Assembly (NCBI GenBank): GCA_965224245.1
Contig: OZ245046.1
Location: 5,216,001-5,280,000, forward strand
Direction: 5' to 3'
DNA: 64,000 nucleotides
DNA from: Candidatus Eiseniibacteriota bacterium
GTDB lineage: Bacteria; Eisenbacteria; RBG-16-71-46; CAZAMP01
Made by a program: the position numbers and the translations under genes. The notes beneath the pieces are model-generated. The model was not told the DNA's origin. It ran no database searches and saw nothing but the letters and a program-made list of their open reading frames with translations. Shown here in pieces: positions 49,930-60,175 of the stretch (positions within the stretch are counted from its first letter, which is position 1; the number at the start of each line of letters is the position of its first letter).

Positions 49930-50118
49930 GCGGCGAGTGCTCGCTCGGATCCGAAAACGGCCCGGGCACCGCTCCCGTTCGCGAACTCCCCTGCGGCGCG
50001 GCACCCGGACCGGAGTCGTGTCGATAAACGGCGTATCGCGCTTGCGATCCCGATCCAACGGCCGCAGTCTACCCACGTTCCCCCTGCACGGGGGTTAGGA
50101 GAGGGTCAGGAGAGCCCG

Positions 50119-50892
50119 ATGAAAGATCGCCTCGAGATCGCCAAGAACTGGCTGCCGCGCTACACCGGAATGTCGCTGGACGACTTCGGCGACTACGTGC
50201 TGCTGACGAACTTCCATCACTACGTCGCGACGTTCGCCGACCGCTTCGGCGCCGACGTCCAGGGTGAGGGCAAGCCGATGCAGGCCGCGTCGAACGGCCA
50301 GGGGCTCACGATCGTGAACTTCGGGATCGGGTCGGCGAACGCGGCCACGATCATGGATCTCCTGATCGCCAGACAGCCCAAGGGCGTCCTGTTCCTGGGA
50401 AAGGCCGGCGGCCTCAGCAAGTCCACCGAGATCGGCCACTTCATCCTGCCCATCGCCGCCATCCGCGGAGAGGGCACGAGCAACGACTTCCTCCCTCCCG
50501 AGGTTCCCGCCCTCCCGTCGTTCAAGCTGCACAAGTTCGTGTCGGAGAAGATCGTGGAGGCCGGATTCGACTATCGCACCGGCGTGGTGTACACGACCAA
50601 CCGGCGTCTGTGGGAGCACGACGCGCGCTTCCGCCGCCACCTCGAGAAGCTGACGTGCGTGGCCATCGACATGGAGACCGCGACCATCTTCATCGTCGGG
50701 CACTACAACGAGATCTCGCGAGGCGCGCTCCTGTTGATCTCCGACGTGCCGATCACGCCCGACGGCGTCAAGACTGAGGAGTCCGACGCCGTCGTGACCC
50801 GTGACTGGGCCCGCCGGCATCTCGAGATCGGGATCGAGGCGATGACCGAGATCGGACACAAGGGCGAGCAGATCCGGCACTTCCGCTACTGA
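50119..50892 (+). CDS. amn: AMP nucleosidase (short type)
   Basis: NWLPRYTG, NFGIGSANAATIMDLL, YTTNRRLWE, DMETAT. Confidence 0.93.
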   Translation: MKDRLEIAKNWLPRYTGMSLDDFGDYVLLTNFHHYVATFADRFGADVQGEGKPMQAASNGQGLTIVNFGIGSANAATIMDLLIARQPKGVLFLGKAGGLSKSTEIGHFILPIAAIRGEGTSNDFLPPEVPALPSFKLHKFVSEKIVEAGFDYRTGVVYTTNRRLWEHDARFRRHLEKLTCVAIDMETATIFIVGHYNEISRGALLLISDVPITPDGVKTEESDAVVTRDWARRHLEIGIEAMTEIGHKGEQIRHFRY

Positions 50893-50901
50893 GCTTCCGG
50901 T

Positions 50902-51663
50902 CTACGAACCGGCCTTCGCCGACCGCTGCCGGAAGATCTCGTAGATGCAGAGCGCGGCCGCCACCGACGCGTTCAGGGAGTTCAGATGTCCCCGCATGGG
51001 CAGCCGCACCCGGAAGTCGCACGTCTCGGACACGAGTCGGCCCAGCCCCTTGTCCTCGCCCCCCACAACGAGCGCGATCGGAACGTCGTAGGTGACCTCT
51101 GTGACCAACCGGTCACCGTCCGCGTCGGCCCCGACGATCCAGAAGCCCGCCTCCTTCAGCCGCTGCAGCGACTGAACGACGTTCGTCACGCGCGCCACCG
51201 GTACGTGCTCGATCGCCCCTGCGGACGCACGCGCGACCGCGGCGGTGAGGCCCACCGCGCGGTGCTTGCCGATGACCACGGCGTCGACACCCGCGGCGTC
51301 CGCCGTGCGCAGGATCGACCCGAGGTTGTGAGGATCCTGAAGCTCGTCCACGACGACCACGAGGCCCGGCTCGGAACGATCCGAGAGCGATGCGATCACG
51401 TCGTCGAGGTCGACGTACTCGTACGCGGCGCTGGATGCGGCGACACCCTGATGCCGCTGGCCACGAGCGAGCTGATCCAGTCGCGGCCGCGGGACGACCT
51501 GCACGAGCACGTGACGGCCCCTGGCGAGCCCGGTGATCTCGCCCAGGCCGCGCGTCCCGTCGGCGATCAGGACCCGGTCGATTCGCCGGCCCGTGCGGAG
51601 GGCCTCGGCGACCGGGTGGCGGCCGAGGATCCACTCGGTATCGTGATCTCGTCGAGGACTCAT
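50902..51663 (-). CDS. rlmB: 23S rRNA (Gm2251) methyltransferase
   Basis: GRHPVAEAL, HQGV, DPHNLGSILRTA, GGEDKG, SLNASVA. Confidence 0.94.
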   Translation of the reverse strand: MSPRRDHDTEWILGRHPVAEALRTGRRIDRVLIADGTRGLGEITGLARGRHVLVQVVPRPRLDQLARGQRHQGVAASSAAYEYVDLDDVIASLSDRSEPGLVVVVDELQDPHNLGSILRTADAAGVDAVVIGKHRAVGLTAAVARASAGAIEHVPVARVTNVVQSLQRLKEAGFWIVGADADGDRLVTEVTYDVPIALVVGGEDKGLGRLVSETCDFRVRLPMRGHLNSLNASVAAALCIYEIFRQRSAKAGS

Positions 51664-51779
51664 GCGAGGAGACTACCGCATCGGTGGCCGGCGACGGACG
51701 CGTTGATTTCGCGATTCGAGATCGGCCCGGTGGTACACTCGCTCGCGCTACTCGGACCGACCACACGGAGCAAGGCGAC

Positions 51780-54089
51780 GTGAAGCGACTCGGCAGCAGG
51801 GCCGGTACCACCGCGCTCGCGGCACTCATCGGCGTACTCGTCCTCGGGGTCGCGTGCAGCCGCTCGGACCACGACGGCACCACCGGTGACACCGAGCGCG
51901 GCGCGACGGACACCGGCCGGGACGTCGGCGCGATCGGCAAGACGTCGACCGACCCCGGAGCCCGCGATGACGACGAGGAGAACCTCACGCCGATCCGCGC
52001 GGAGTTCCTCCGCGTGGCCGACGAGCTCTACGGTGGCAGCGACTTCTATTTCGGACGCCAGCAGCTGGCCGCGTGGCAGGGTGCGCTCGACGTGCCGAAC
52101 CTGCCGCTGCCCAGGCGGATCCAGGCTCACGCCAAGCTGAGCGTGGAGCTCCTGCGCGTGGGCGACATCGATGCGTGCCTCGAGCACATCGGCGAGGCAC
52201 GCCGACTGGCCGAGGGCGATCCCGCGATGCGGTCGGTGATGCCGCAGATCCTGCGGAACCAGGGCATGATGTACCTGCGCAAGGCGGAGCTGGAGAACTG
52301 CATCGCGCGGCACAACGCCGAGTGCTGTCAGTTTCCCCTGCGCGGAGGAGGCGTGCACGAGGTCCGGTCGCCCGCGGAGTCGGCCGCGGAGTGCTTCGAG
52401 CGGTTCCTCCAGCTCGAGCCCGGGGATCTCCGTGTACGCTGGCTCCTGAACCTGACGCACATGGCGCTCGGCGATCATCCCGAGGGCGTGCCCGAGCGCG
52501 ACCGGATCCCGCCGAGCGCGTTCGAGTCCGACGCCGACATCGGACGGTTCGCGAACATCGCCTCCGACGTGGGCATCGACTCCTTCGACCTGGCCGGGGG
52601 CAGCCTCGTCGAGGACTTCGACGGCGACGGGTTCCTCGACATCATCACCTCCACCGTCGATCCGAGAGGATCGATGACGTACTACCGCAACCGCGGCGAC
52701 GGGACGTTCGAGGATCGCACCGCCGTCTCCGGGCTGATCGATCAGCTCGGCGGGCTCAACTGCATCAGCGGTGACTACGACGACGACGGCGACGTGGACG
52801 TGCTCGTGCTCCGCGGCGCCTGGCTCTTCGAGGCGGGGCAGATCCGGAACTCCCTGCTCCGAAACGGTGGTGACGGCACCTTCACCGACGTCACGCACGC
52901 GGCCGGTCTCGCCACGCCCGCGCGCCCGACGCAGGCCGCGACCTTCCTCGACTACGACCTCGACGGCGATCTCGATCTGTACGTCGGCAACGAGTCGCGC
53001 GCCGGAGCGGAAGCCGGTCAGGACTTTCCCTCGCAGCTCTTCCGCAACGAGGGCGACGGCACGTTCGCCGACGTGTCCGCCGCCGCCGGTGTGACGAACG
53101 ATCGCTACTGCAAGGGCGTCGCCGCCGGTGACTACGACAACGACGGGGATCCCGACCTCTACGTATCGAACATTCGGGACAACCGGCTCTATCGGAACAA
53201 CGGCGACGGGACGTTTACCGACGTCGCGTTCTCGGCCGGCGTGGCCGAGCCGCGCGGACGCGCGTTCGCGACCTGGTTCTTCGACCACGACAACGACGGC
53301 TGGCTGGACATCTTCTGCGCCGCATACGACGCGTCGGTGGAGGCGATCGCGTCGGACTATCTGGGGCTCCAGCACCAGGCCACCGGTCCCAAGCTCTACC
53401 GCAACCAGGGCGACGGCACGTTCCGGAATGTCGCGCCGGAGCTCGGACTCGATCGGCCCTTTCTGCCCATGGGCGCGAACTTCGGCGACCTCGACAACGA
53501 CGGCTGGCTCGACGTGGCACTGGCCACCGGAGACCCCAACTTCGAGACGCTCGTCCCCAACGTGATGCTGCGCAACGACGGCGCGCGGGCGTTCCAGGAC
53601 GTCACGACGTCCGGCGGCTTCGGACACCTCCAGAAGGGTCACGGCGTGTCGTTCGCCGACATCGACAACGACGGCGACCAGGACGTGCACCAGCAGCTCG
53701 GCGGCATGCTGATGGCCGACCAGTACTTCAACGCGCTGTTCCAGAACCCGGGACACGGAAACGCGTTCGTGATCGTCGAGCTCGTGGGGCGCGAGACGAA
53801 CCACTTCGGTGTCGGGGCGCGAGTGGCGGTGACCGTAGACACGCCCGAGGGGTCACGAACGCTCCACCGCGCGGTGGGATCGGTGTCGAGCTTCGGCGGA
53901 TCGCCGCTGCGTCAGGAGATCGGGCTCGGCGATGCGACCGCGATCACCGAGATCGTCGTCGAGTGGCCGGTGTCCGGGGATCGCACGCGGGTGACGAACG
54001 TGAGGCTGAACTCACGCGTGCGCGTGTCCGAGATGGACGGTCCCGCCGAGCCGGAGACGCTTCCGCTCACGCGGGTGACCCTGCCCTAG
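51780..54089 (+). CDS. CRTAC1-family lipoprotein (helical N-region, FG-GAP repeats, ASPIC/UnbV)
   Basis: Lipobox GVAC, many DxDxDGxxD and RNxGDGTF repeats, C-terminal SSFGG..EIGLG..VEWP. Confidence 0.88.
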   Translation: MKRLGSRAGTTALAALIGVLVLGVACSRSDHDGTTGDTERGATDTGRDVGAIGKTSTDPGARDDDEENLTPIRAEFLRVADELYGGSDFYFGRQQLAAWQGALDVPNLPLPRRIQAHAKLSVELLRVGDIDACLEHIGEARRLAEGDPAMRSVMPQILRNQGMMYLRKAELENCIARHNAECCQFPLRGGGVHEVRSPAESAAECFERFLQLEPGDLRVRWLLNLTHMALGDHPEGVPERDRIPPSAFESDADIGRFANIASDVGIDSFDLAGGSLVEDFDGDGFLDIITSTVDPRGSMTYYRNRGDGTFEDRTAVSGLIDQLGGLNCISGDYDDDGDVDVLVLRGAWLFEAGQIRNSLLRNGGDGTFTDVTHAAGLATPARPTQAATFLDYDLDGDLDLYVGNESRAGAEAGQDFPSQLFRNEGDGTFADVSAAAGVTNDRYCKGVAAGDYDNDGDPDLYVSNIRDNRLYRNNGDGTFTDVAFSAGVAEPRGRAFATWFFDHDNDGWLDIFCAAYDASVEAIASDYLGLQHQATGPKLYRNQGDGTFRNVAPELGLDRPFLPMGANFGDLDNDGWLDVALATGDPNFETLVPNVMLRNDGARAFQDVTTSGGFGHLQKGHGVSFADIDNDGDQDVHQQLGGMLMADQYFNALFQNPGHGNAFVIVELVGRETNHFGVGARVAVTVDTPEGSRTLHRAVGSVSSFGGSPLRQEIGLGDATAITEIVVEWPVSGDRTRVTNVRLNSRVRVSEMDGPAEPETLPLTRVTLP

Positions 54090-54095
54090 GCCGGC

Positions 54096-55871
54096 TCAGC
54101 GCGTGAGCGCGTCCAGACGCGCCTTGACCTCGTCGTCGGGCTCCAGCTCGAGGAGCGTCTCGTAGGCCGCCTTGGCGTCGTCCGTGCGGCCCAGCGCCTC
54201 CAGCGTCACGCCGAGGTTGTACCACGCGCGCGCATACTCCGGATCGCTCGCCACCGACTGGTAGAGCTTCTCGACGGCCTCTTCCGGGCGACCGGTGGCC
54301 TTGAGCACGAGCCCCCAGTTGTACGCCGTCGAGGCCCGGAGCGTGCCGAACTGCTCGAGCCTCTCGAACGTCTCCAGCGCCTCGTCGAGCTTGCCGATGC
54401 GCGCGAGCGTGGTGGCCAGCCGCGTGGCCACGTCCGGATCCGATGGCGCGAGCCGGGCCGCGTCGCGATACGCGATCGCGGCCTCCTCCAGCCGATCGAG
54501 TCGGACGAGCGCGATGCCGATGTTGTCGTACGCGGCGCCGTTCGTCGAGTCGGCCGCCACGGCCCGGCGGTACCGGTCCAGAGCGGCCTCGTTGTCGTCG
54601 GCCAGTCGATGCACGTTCCCCCAGTTCACGTAGGCCGGCGACGAGAGCTCGCCGCTGCCCTCGGCGCGCCGGAACTCCGCCAGCGCCTCGTCGATCGATC
54701 CCGCGCGCCCGAGCGTCGTGGCGTACGCGGCCCGGAGCTCGTGATCCTCGGGCGTTGTCGCGGTCGCCGCCCGGTACTCGGCCAGCGCGCCGTCCATGTC
54801 ACCGTCCTCGAGGAGAAGCGAGGCCAGCTGCGAGCGCGAGGCGACCATGGTCGAGTCCAGCTCGACGGCCCGGCGCAGGTGGTCGAGTGCGGGAAGGCGA
54901 TCGCCGGTCTGGAGGTAGCACGTGCCCAGCCGCTGGTGCGCGGCCGCGCGATCGGGCTCCTCGTCCACGACGACGAGAAGGTCCTCGATCGCGCTCGCGA
55001 AGGCGCCGGCCTCCATCGCCTGCACCGCGCGCTGGAAGCACAGGAACGAGCTGATCCCCTCGGCGCCCACCTCCTGGATCAGAGGATCGGGGAGGTTGTA
55101 GATCGTCTCCAGGCCCGATGCGCGGGCCGCCGCGGACTCGGCGTCCTCCCGGCGATCCAGGCGCGCGTACGCCTGGGAGAGCGCGATCAGCGCCGCCGCG
55201 TCGGTGGGGACGAGCTCGGCCGCCCGCTCGAGATGCGACACCGAGGCTGCCGCGTCGCCCTGCCCCAGCAGCACCTGACCGAGTCCGCGATGCGCCACGG
55301 CCAGGTTCGGCGCCAGATCGATCGCGTGCTCGTAGCTCGCGCGGGCCTCGGCGGGCAGGTTCTGCTTGGCCTGGAGATCGGCCAGGCGCACGAGGAGCGG
55401 CGGATAGTCGTCGCGGATCACGCGGGCGCGCTCGTGGGCAGCCAGCACCTCCTCGGCGGGCGCGGTGCCGTCGAGATCCATCGCTCGGGCGAGGAAGTAG
55501 GCCCATCGAAGATCCGCCGGCGCCAGCTCGTTGGCGCGCCGGTAGCCCGCGATCGCCGGTGCGTAGAGACGGTGCACGTGACACACCTTGCCGAAGCGTC
55601 CCCACGCCTCGGCGTCGCTCGGCGTCGAGAGTGCGGCTCGGTGCGCCTCGGTGATGCGCTCGGCCACGCGCCGCTGCATGCCCGAGAGATCGGGCAGCGC
55701 GATCGACACCGTCTCGGCGGGAGGCGTGTCCTCGGAGGACCCGCACCCGAGCGGTCCCGCCGCCAGCGCGGCCACGAGCGCGACGGCAATCAGTCGGCCG
55801 GCGAGCGTGAGGGTGACGGATGCGCCGCACCACGACTCGCGAGCTCGGGATCGGATCATGGCTTCGTTCAC
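54096..55871 (-). CDS. TPR-repeat protein, possible lipoprotein
   Basis: PLGC after a hydrophobic stretch, serial TPR repeats (AWYNLG, AYDNIG). GTGA overlap with the upstream stop. Confidence 0.85.
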   Translation of the reverse strand: MNEAMIRSRARESWCGASVTLTLAGRLIAVALVAALAAGPLGCGSSEDTPPAETVSIALPDLSGMQRRVAERITEAHRAALSTPSDAEAWGRFGKVCHVHRLYAPAIAGYRRANELAPADLRWAYFLARAMDLDGTAPAEEVLAAHERARVIRDDYPPLLVRLADLQAKQNLPAEARASYEHAIDLAPNLAVAHRGLGQVLLGQGDAAASVSHLERAAELVPTDAAALIALSQAYARLDRREDAESAAARASGLETIYNLPDPLIQEVGAEGISSFLCFQRAVQAMEAGAFASAIEDLLVVVDEEPDRAAAHQRLGTCYLQTGDRLPALDHLRRAVELDSTMVASRSQLASLLLEDGDMDGALAEYRAATATTPEDHELRAAYATTLGRAGSIDEALAEFRRAEGSGELSSPAYVNWGNVHRLADDNEAALDRYRRAVAADSTNGAAYDNIGIALVRLDRLEEAAIAYRDAARLAPSDPDVATRLATTLARIGKLDEALETFERLEQFGTLRASTAYNWGLVLKATGRPEEAVEKLYQSVASDPEYARAWYNLGVTLEALGRTDDAKAAYETLLELEPDDEVKARLDALTR

Positions 55872-57652
55872 GATGCAGCTTCTCCCTGTCCCCGTATCAG
55901 CGTGATCTCGACGTTCGTCGGTCCGCCCGGAAACCGTTCGCGGTATCCATCGGTCCACTGTACGACCAGCGCGTCGACCGTCTCCCGCGGACCGACGCCG
56001 AAGTGCGGGACCGGATCCGAGCTCGACAGGTACGAAAACCCCCGATTGACGGTACGGACCCACTGCCGATCGCCGGCACGGATCTCCACGCGGGAGCCGA
56101 TGGCGAGCGTGCCCGGTCGTGTCTCGGCGCGGATCCGCAGCCAGCGTCCGGCCGGTGGAGCGTCGTTGCGGAAGATCCGGGCCGGCCCCTCGACGTTGGC
56201 CACCAGCAGGTCGAGGTCGCCGTCCCCGTCCACGTCGCCGGTCGCGAGGCCCCGCGAGATCTCCACGTCCCCGGTCAGGCGACCGCCCACGCGGGCCGAG
56301 GCATCCTCGAACACCCCGGTCCCGTCGTTCAAGTGAACGAGGTTCGGCTCGGCGTAGTCCTTCCAGAATCCGGTGGGGATCGCGTCGGGGTACGCGTCCT
56401 GCCTGAGCACGCGGCCGTTCAGGATCACGAGGTCCAGTCCACCGTCCAGGTCCAGATCGATCGCGGCGGTGCCGAACCCCGTGAACGGCACGCTCGGGCG
56501 CTCCAGACGGGCACGCGCGGTGACGTCCTCGAACCCGGTGGCGCCGAGGTTGCGATAGAGCGTGTTGCTCTCGCGCGTGAGGTGTGTGACGAAGAGATCC
56601 AGGTTCAGATCACCGTCGAAGTCGGCGGCGAGCACGCCCATCCCGGCCTCGGCCACGCCGTGCCAGTTCAGCGCCACGCCCTGGAACATCGCCTCGTCGG
56701 CGAACGTGCCGTCGCGCCGGTTCATCCAGAGCTGATTGGCATCTCCGTCGTTGGCCACGTAGATGTCCACCCATCCGTCGCGGTCGAGGTCCTCGCAGAC
56801 GACGCCGAGACCCGCGCCCGCCACCGTCGTCATGCCGGCCGACGCCGACACGTCGGTGAACGTGCCGTCTCCCTCGTTGCGCAGCAGGACGTCGCTGACC
56901 GGGGGAAACGACTTCGGTCCGCAGAAGTCCGGCCGGCCCGTGAACTCCGTGCACGCACGCGACGGGTCGTAGTCGAGGTAGCGACAGACGTAGAGATCGA
57001 GGTCCCCGTCGCGATCCACGTCCACGAAGCTCGCCGACGTGGACCATCCGTCCACCGAGACGCCGGCTGCCTCGGTCACGTCCTCGAACGTGCCGTCGCC
57101 GCGGTTTCGGTACAGGTGATCGCGGCCGACGTTCGTGACGTACAGGTCCACGTCGCCGTCGGCGTCGATGTCGCCGGCGGCGACGCCCATGCCGTACCCC
57201 GGGTCTCCGAGACCGGACTCGTCGGTGACGTCCACGAACGTCCCGTCGGGATCCTGGCGGTAGGCACGATTGCGGGCCTCGCCGGATGCGGGGTCGAACG
57301 CACGGAGCTCCTCGGTCGACATCGCGCGCGTGATGCCGGGCCGGCCGTTGGTCAGGTACGCGTCGAGATCTCCGTCGCCGTCGAGATCCACGAGCGCGGC
57401 ACCGGCGCCCATGATCTCGGGAATGTGCATCTCGCCGGAGCCTCCGGAGGTGTGTGCGAATGCGAGGCCGAGCGACTCGGTCACGTCCACGAACCAGGCC
57501 GCGCCGCCGTCGGTCGCCTCCGTCACCGTGGCCTCACCGGTCGGAGTGGCCCTCGGACGCGCGTCGTCCGAGCCGCCGCAGCCTACGATCGACAGCGCGA
57601 ACGCCGGCAGACACACGATGCCGAGACCTCGGCGGAGAGAGCGTTCGCGCAT
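55868..57652 (-). CDS. CRTAC1-family lipoprotein (FG-GAP + ASPIC/UnbV)
   Basis: Lipobox IVGC, EIMGAG, AGMG, SRGLA, SYLSSSD..HFG. Confidence 0.9.
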   Translation of the reverse strand: MRERSLRRGLGIVCLPAFALSIVGCGGSDDARPRATPTGEATVTEATDGGAAWFVDVTESLGLAFAHTSGGSGEMHIPEIMGAGAALVDLDGDGDLDAYLTNGRPGITRAMSTEELRAFDPASGEARNRAYRQDPDGTFVDVTDESGLGDPGYGMGVAAGDIDADGDVDLYVTNVGRDHLYRNRGDGTFEDVTEAAGVSVDGWSTSASFVDVDRDGDLDLYVCRYLDYDPSRACTEFTGRPDFCGPKSFPPVSDVLLRNEGDGTFTDVSASAGMTTVAGAGLGVVCEDLDRDGWVDIYVANDGDANQLWMNRRDGTFADEAMFQGVALNWHGVAEAGMGVLAADFDGDLNLDLFVTHLTRESNTLYRNLGATGFEDVTARARLERPSVPFTGFGTAAIDLDLDGGLDLVILNGRVLRQDAYPDAIPTGFWKDYAEPNLVHLNDGTGVFEDASARVGGRLTGDVEISRGLATGDVDGDGDLDLLVANVEGPARIFRNDAPPAGRWLRIRAETRPGTLAIGSRVEIRAGDRQWVRTVNRGFSYLSSSDPVPHFGVGPRETVDALVVQWTDGYRERFPGGPTNVEITLIRGQGEAAS

Positions 57653-57794
57653 CGTCGGGAGTCTCCTCCAATGAGTCCAACTTCTTGCGACAAAGTGGGT
57701 TAGTCTACGTGTGGAAGCGCGATCGTGGCAACAGGTAGACTCCTCGGCGCGAAGTCGGGCGGCCGGCACACGAGACACACGGAGAGCTTCGAAC

Positions 57795-58403
57795 GTGAGC
57801 AACGACCCCCAAAGCTCGACACCGCACGGATCCGACCTCGGGAGCACGGCCCACCTCCTGGACGCCGTCCGACGGGGCGACGAGTCGGCAATCAGCAGAC
57901 TCGTAACGATTTACGCACCGCTGCTGGAGCGCTGGGCGCACGGGCGTCTGCCCGCGAGCGCGCGAGGTCTGGTCGAGACGCAGGACCTCGTGCAGGTTTC
58001 CCTGATCCGGGTGTTGGATCGGATAGAGCACTTCGACGCGGAGCGGCCGGGCTCGTTCCTGGCTTACCTCCGCCGAACGGTGCTGAACCAGCTCCGCAAC
58101 GAGATCCGGAACGCCGGGCGACGGCCCTCGGGCCCTCCGGTGACCGACCTGGAGCCCGATCCGGCCCCGTCGGTTCTGGAGCAAGCCGTGGGGCGCGAGG
58201 CGCTCGAGCGATACGAGGCGGCGCTCGCGGAGCTCAACGAGGAGTACCAGGCGGCGATCATCCTGCGCTTCGAGTTTGGACTGAAGCACGCGGATATCGC
58301 CGACGCGCTCGGCAGTCCGTCGCCGAACGCCGCTCGCATGGTCGTGTCGCGCGCCGTGCACCAGCTCACGCGGCTGCTCGGCACGCCGGAGGGAGACCGA
58401 TGA
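57795..58403 (+). CDS. ECF sigma factor (kinase-associated)
   Basis: LLDAVRRGDESA, ETQDLVQ, FLAYLRR, IADALG..NAARM..RA. Confidence 0.88.
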   Translation: MSNDPQSSTPHGSDLGSTAHLLDAVRRGDESAISRLVTIYAPLLERWAHGRLPASARGLVETQDLVQVSLIRVLDRIEHFDAERPGSFLAYLRRTVLNQLRNEIRNAGRRPSGPPVTDLEPDPAPSVLEQAVGREALERYEAALAELNEEYQAAIILRFEFGLKHADIADALGSPSPNAARMVVSRAVHQLTRLLGTPEGDR

Positions 58404-60175
58404 CCCCGACTTCCGACTCGGCGCTCGAGCGCTTGACCGACCGGGTCGTGGACGCCACGCCGATCGACTGGGACGCCGAGGACACGTCTTTCACCCCAGA
58501 CCTGCGCGGCCGCGTGGACGCACTCCGCCTGCTGACCACGATCGGTGACGCACACCGGATCGTCGACGAGCCGGAGGCCGATCGCACGATCCTGTTCGAG
58601 TGGGGCGGGCTCCGGGTACTGGAGAAGATCGGCGAGGGGAGCTTCGGAGACGTGTATCGGGCCTTCGATCCGCTGCTGCGGCGACAGGTCGCGCTGAAGC
58701 TCTGGCGGGGCTCGGCATCGGAGAAGCCGCTGATGGCGCGCCGCATCCTGGAGGAGGCGGGGCGCCTGGCCCGGGTGCGCCATCCCAACGTGCCGGTGAT
58801 CCACGGCGCGAGGACCGAGGACGATCGCGTCGGCTTCTGGACCGATCTGCTCTTCGGACGCTCGCTGGACTCGCGGCTCTCGAACGGGGAGCGCTTCGGC
58901 GCGGTGGAAGCCGCCGCCATCGGCATGGACGTCACCGGAGCGCTCACGGCCGTTCACGGGGCGGGGCTGGTCCACGGCGACGTCACCGCCGCCAACGTGA
59001 TGCGAGAGCCCGACGGGCGGTGCGTGCTCGTGGACTTCGGTGCCGGCTCCGAGCAGCCCGCGGACCCCGATGCGCCGGTCAGCCCGGCGTTCGGGACGCC
59101 GCTGGCTCTGGCGCCCGAGACGCTCGCGGGCCAGCCCGCGTCGGCCGGCTCCGATCTCTACGCGGTGGGCGTGCTCCTGTTCCGGCTCGTCACCGGGCGG
59201 TTTCCGGTGACGGCCTCCACGCTGGTCGAGCTGCGGGCCAGGCACCTCGCCGGTGAGCGGGCCAACCTGCGCGATCTCAGACACGATCTGCCGGAGTCGT
59301 TCGTCGCCGTGGTCGACCGGGCCCTGGAGCCGGCGCCCTCCGATCGCTTCGCGACTGCGGGCGACATGCTGGGTGCGCTCCGTGAGTCGCTGGCCGACGC
59401 GCACGCGCGGCCGCGCGATGGATCCGACCCGGCGCGCCCCGCCGCCACCGTGTCCGGGGCACCGCCGTCGCGGTCCCCGCTGCCACTGCTGGGCTTCATC
59501 GTCGCGCTGGTGGCCGTGATCGCGCTCGTCGTGGGGCGACCGCACGCGCCGTGGCTCGATCCGGCCCCGCTACGAGCTCCATCGACGAGCACCGGCGCGG
59601 CACCGGTCGCGCTCGACGTCGAGCTCAGCTTCCTCCGGAGCCGCGGCGGCGCGCGCGACGTCCTGCCCGCCGGCTCGATGGTGCGACCCGGCGACGCGCT
59701 CTTCATGGAGGTCGAGCTGGGCCAGACGTCGTACGTGTACGTGCTGAACGGCGACCAGGCCGGCGACGTGTACGTGCTGTTCCCCACGCCGGAGCTGGAT
59801 CTCGGCAACCCGCTCTCCGCGTCCCGGCATCGGCTGCCCGGTCCGGTCGACGGTGAGATGCTGGACTGGCAGGTGACGTCGGGACGGGGATACGAGAGCT
59901 TCCTCGTGGTCGTCGCCCGGGATCGACTGACCGCGCTGGAGCGCGCGATCGCGGATCTCCCACGGGCGTCCACCGGCGCCAGCGTGAGCGCGGCGCCACT
60001 GGACATCGCGGCGCTGACGGGACATCGCGGCGTGGGCGGGCTCACGCCCAGCGCCGGGGAGTCCGGCGGCGAGCACGAGGGTCTGACGCGGCTGGCGCGA
60101 TACCTGGAGTCGTCGAGCGCCGAGCCCGGCACGATGCGCATCCGCCAGTTCTCGCTCTACAACGTGGGATCGTGA
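58400..60175 (+). CDS. Membrane Ser/Thr protein kinase with DUF4384-like C-terminal domain
   Basis: GEGSFG, VALK, HGDVTAAN, DFG, APE, one transmembrane segment, GDALFMEV..YVYVLNGD..VLFP. Confidence 0.88.
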   Translation: MTPTSDSALERLTDRVVDATPIDWDAEDTSFTPDLRGRVDALRLLTTIGDAHRIVDEPEADRTILFEWGGLRVLEKIGEGSFGDVYRAFDPLLRRQVALKLWRGSASEKPLMARRILEEAGRLARVRHPNVPVIHGARTEDDRVGFWTDLLFGRSLDSRLSNGERFGAVEAAAIGMDVTGALTAVHGAGLVHGDVTAANVMREPDGRCVLVDFGAGSEQPADPDAPVSPAFGTPLALAPETLAGQPASAGSDLYAVGVLLFRLVTGRFPVTASTLVELRARHLAGERANLRDLRHDLPESFVAVVDRALEPAPSDRFATAGDMLGALRESLADAHARPRDGSDPARPAATVSGAPPSRSPLPLLGFIVALVAVIALVVGRPHAPWLDPAPLRAPSTSTGAAPVALDVELSFLRSRGGARDVLPAGSMVRPGDALFMEVELGQTSYVYVLNGDQAGDVYVLFPTPELDLGNPLSASRHRLPGPVDGEMLDWQVTSGRGYESFLVVVARDRLTALERAIADLPRASTGASVSAAPLDIAALTGHRGVGGLTPSAGESGGEHEGLTRLARYLESSSAEPGTMRIRQFSLYNVGS

